18,745 nt of DNA, taken from assembly GCA_040235515.1 (NCBI GenBank), contig JBECKX010000139.1:1-18745 (forward strand), written 5' to 3'. Positions 17,444 to 18,745 of the stretch are shown here, in pieces. This DNA is from Candidatus Zixiibacteriota bacterium (GTDB taxonomy: Bacteria; Zixibacteria; MSB-5A5; CAIYYT01). Numbering within the stretch: position 1 is the first letter of the stretch; every line of letters starts with the position of its first letter. Under the pieces are notes generated by a model. It did no database searches. It worked only from the letters and a program-made list of their open reading frames with translations, and was not told the DNA's origin. Position numbers and translations under genes: made by a program.

Positions 17444-17506
17444 ATGATTAACAAACCAATTGACCAGATTGAGCGCGAAGATATTGAGTTGAGCTTACTG
17501 ATCTAG
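17444..17506 (+). pseudogene. 20-codon ORF with strong RBS, possibly a truncated AlbA_2/Schlafen-type gene
   Basis: AAGGGAGG upstream of ATG; MINKPIDQIEREDIELSLLI* resembles the KPxDQIxxxDIxxL N-termini I recall from such proteins. Confidence 0.35.
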
Positions 17507-17714
17507 AAACTGCCTCAAAACCGGTGAAGTACCGAGTTTGTACCGGATACATCTACTCTGAGATAGATGCTTGATAAGTTGTCGTGCAAGTTAGCCTTAG
17601 AGGAACTCTGGCTGAAAGCGCACACTTCATTGCATCTTAGACACACGTTTCTCTATTTGCAAGACTCTGCCAAGCAACAGCTTCACCAACCCCTCGAATT
17701 TTCTTCCAAATCGC

Positions 17715-17742
17715 TTGACTTGGGGTGTCTCAGCCATATATT
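17715..17742 (+). promoter_or_regulatory. Putative dnaA promoter
   Basis: TTGACT (17715-17720), 16 bp, TATATT (17737-17742). Confidence 0.65.
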
Positions 17743-17760
17743 ACACCCTCGGAAGTCACT

Positions 17761-17802
17761 GAGTGATAACGTGTTAACAAGATGTTAACAGGTTGTGGAT
17801 AA
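17761..17802. promoter_or_regulatory. DnaA box array (autoregulation and/or part of oriC)
   Basis: Perfect box TGTGGATAA at 17794-17802, preceded at 11-bp intervals by TGTTAACAG (17783), TGTTAACAA (17772) and GAGTGATAA (17761). Confidence 0.7.
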
Positions 17803-17980
17803 CTGTCTTCCTCGAGGGAGCTTAGTGATTTTTGACCGAACTCGGGCAGTATCGGGAAGCTACGAAAGCAGATCATTTTCTACATAGTCTTAGATTTTCT
17901 AAGGGCGTAGTATCTCTCATACATTTCTGCCGTTTAAAAACTTAAAGATCTCCTATTTCAATGACTTATGGGGTTGAATT

Positions 17981-18745
17981 ATGCAGGAAAGAGTAGAAGC
18001 ACTTTGGGACCAATGTCTGTCCCGCCTTTCCCGGGAAGTCAACAGACAGACTTTCCACACCTGGCTCAAGCCCACCTCCGTCGAGTATGTCGACGACCAT
18101 ACCTTCAACATTCTTGTTCCGAACAATTTCGCCGCCGGCTGGATTTCAGAGCGATTCGCCGCAAAGATCCGTCAGGCGATAGCTGCTACCTCGGACAACT
18201 CCTGGGAGTTTGGCTTCAAAGTCAAACAGATGCCGGTCCAGGCCGATATTTTCCATTCCGAGACGAACGGCAATGGAAATGGTACAGCTACCCGGAACGA
18301 ATCATTCGAGGCGGTATCGCGCAGCAACGGCAACCACAATGGTAATCATTGCCGTCTGAACCCGAGATATGTCTTTGACAAGTTTATAGTGGGCGACACC
18401 AACCAATTCGCTTACGCGGCTTGTGAGGCAGTCTCGGAAGCTCTCGGCGAGAACCGCTACAATCCGCTTTTTATCTATGGTGGTGTCGGACTTGGCAAGA
18501 CCCACCTGATCCAGGCAATCGGTAACTCGGTTCTCGAAACCGATGGCAGCAAGAAGGTTATGTACGTCACCAGTGAGGAATTCACTAACGACTTCATTCG
18601 TTCACTCGGCACCAAGTCGACGCATGAATTCGTTACGCGTTACCGTACGGTCGATCTGCTGCTGCTCGACGATATTCAGTTTTTCACCGGCAAAGAGTCT
18701 ACGCAGGAGCAGTTCTTTCATACCTTCAATGCCCTGCACCAGGAG
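17981..18745 (+). CDS. dnaA: Chromosomal replication initiator DnaA (partial, runs off the window)
   Basis: Translated by hand from ATG 17981: [13 protein letters not shown]...FHTWLKP...[70 protein letters not shown]. Confidence 0.98.
   Translation, partial: MQERVEALWDQCLSRLSREVNRQTFHTWLKPTSVEYVDDHTFNILVPNNFAAGWISERFAAKIRQAIAATSDNSWEFGFKVKQMPVQADIFHSETNGNGNGTATRNESFEAVSRSNGNHNGNHCRLNPRYVFDKFIVGDTNQFAYAACEAVSEALGENRYNPLFIYGGVGLGKTHLIQAIGNSVLETDGSKKVMYVTSEEFTNDFIRSLGTKSTHEFVTRYRTVDLLLLDDIQFFTGKESTQEQFFHTFNALHQE

Noticed and set aside
17567..18505. ORFs 17567..17788, 17968..18345 and 18302..18505
   Set aside because: The first spans the dnaA promoter and boxes; the others are alternative frames overlapping dnaA.

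Overview
Bacterial chromosomal window ending inside dnaA, so probably close to the replication origin. From left to right it contains: the end of an upstream gene and its terminator; a ~550 bp mosaic of REP-like hairpins; a Lon protease; a convergent HTH-ImmA/IrrE metallopeptidase plus PIN (DUF4411-like) pair that looks like a toxin-antitoxin or defence module; a divergent GH25 muramidase lipoprotein and secreted GH5 hydrolase; four paralogous secreted fibre-like proteins, interrupted by a DsrE-like gene and a small membrane-protein gene; an Mrp/ApbC-DUF971 fusion and an Nfu-type Fe-S carrier; a regulatory region with phased DnaA-box-like sites; and the 5' part of dnaA, which the ORF track missed. 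The fibre proteins share an N-terminal 'YQG' domain and Gly/Asn 14-residue repeats but have different tips, two of them with S74 autochaperones. The most interesting signals are this modular fibre array (resembling Bdellovibrio mosaic adhesive trimers), a 15-bp palindrome shared by the lon and dnaA upstream regions, a recurring 16-bp spacer in predicted promoters, and REP hairpins with compensatory stem changes. All family assignments come from motifs recognised by eye, not database searches. The gene content suggests an uncultured Gram-negative lineage such as Zixibacteria, but that is only an impression.
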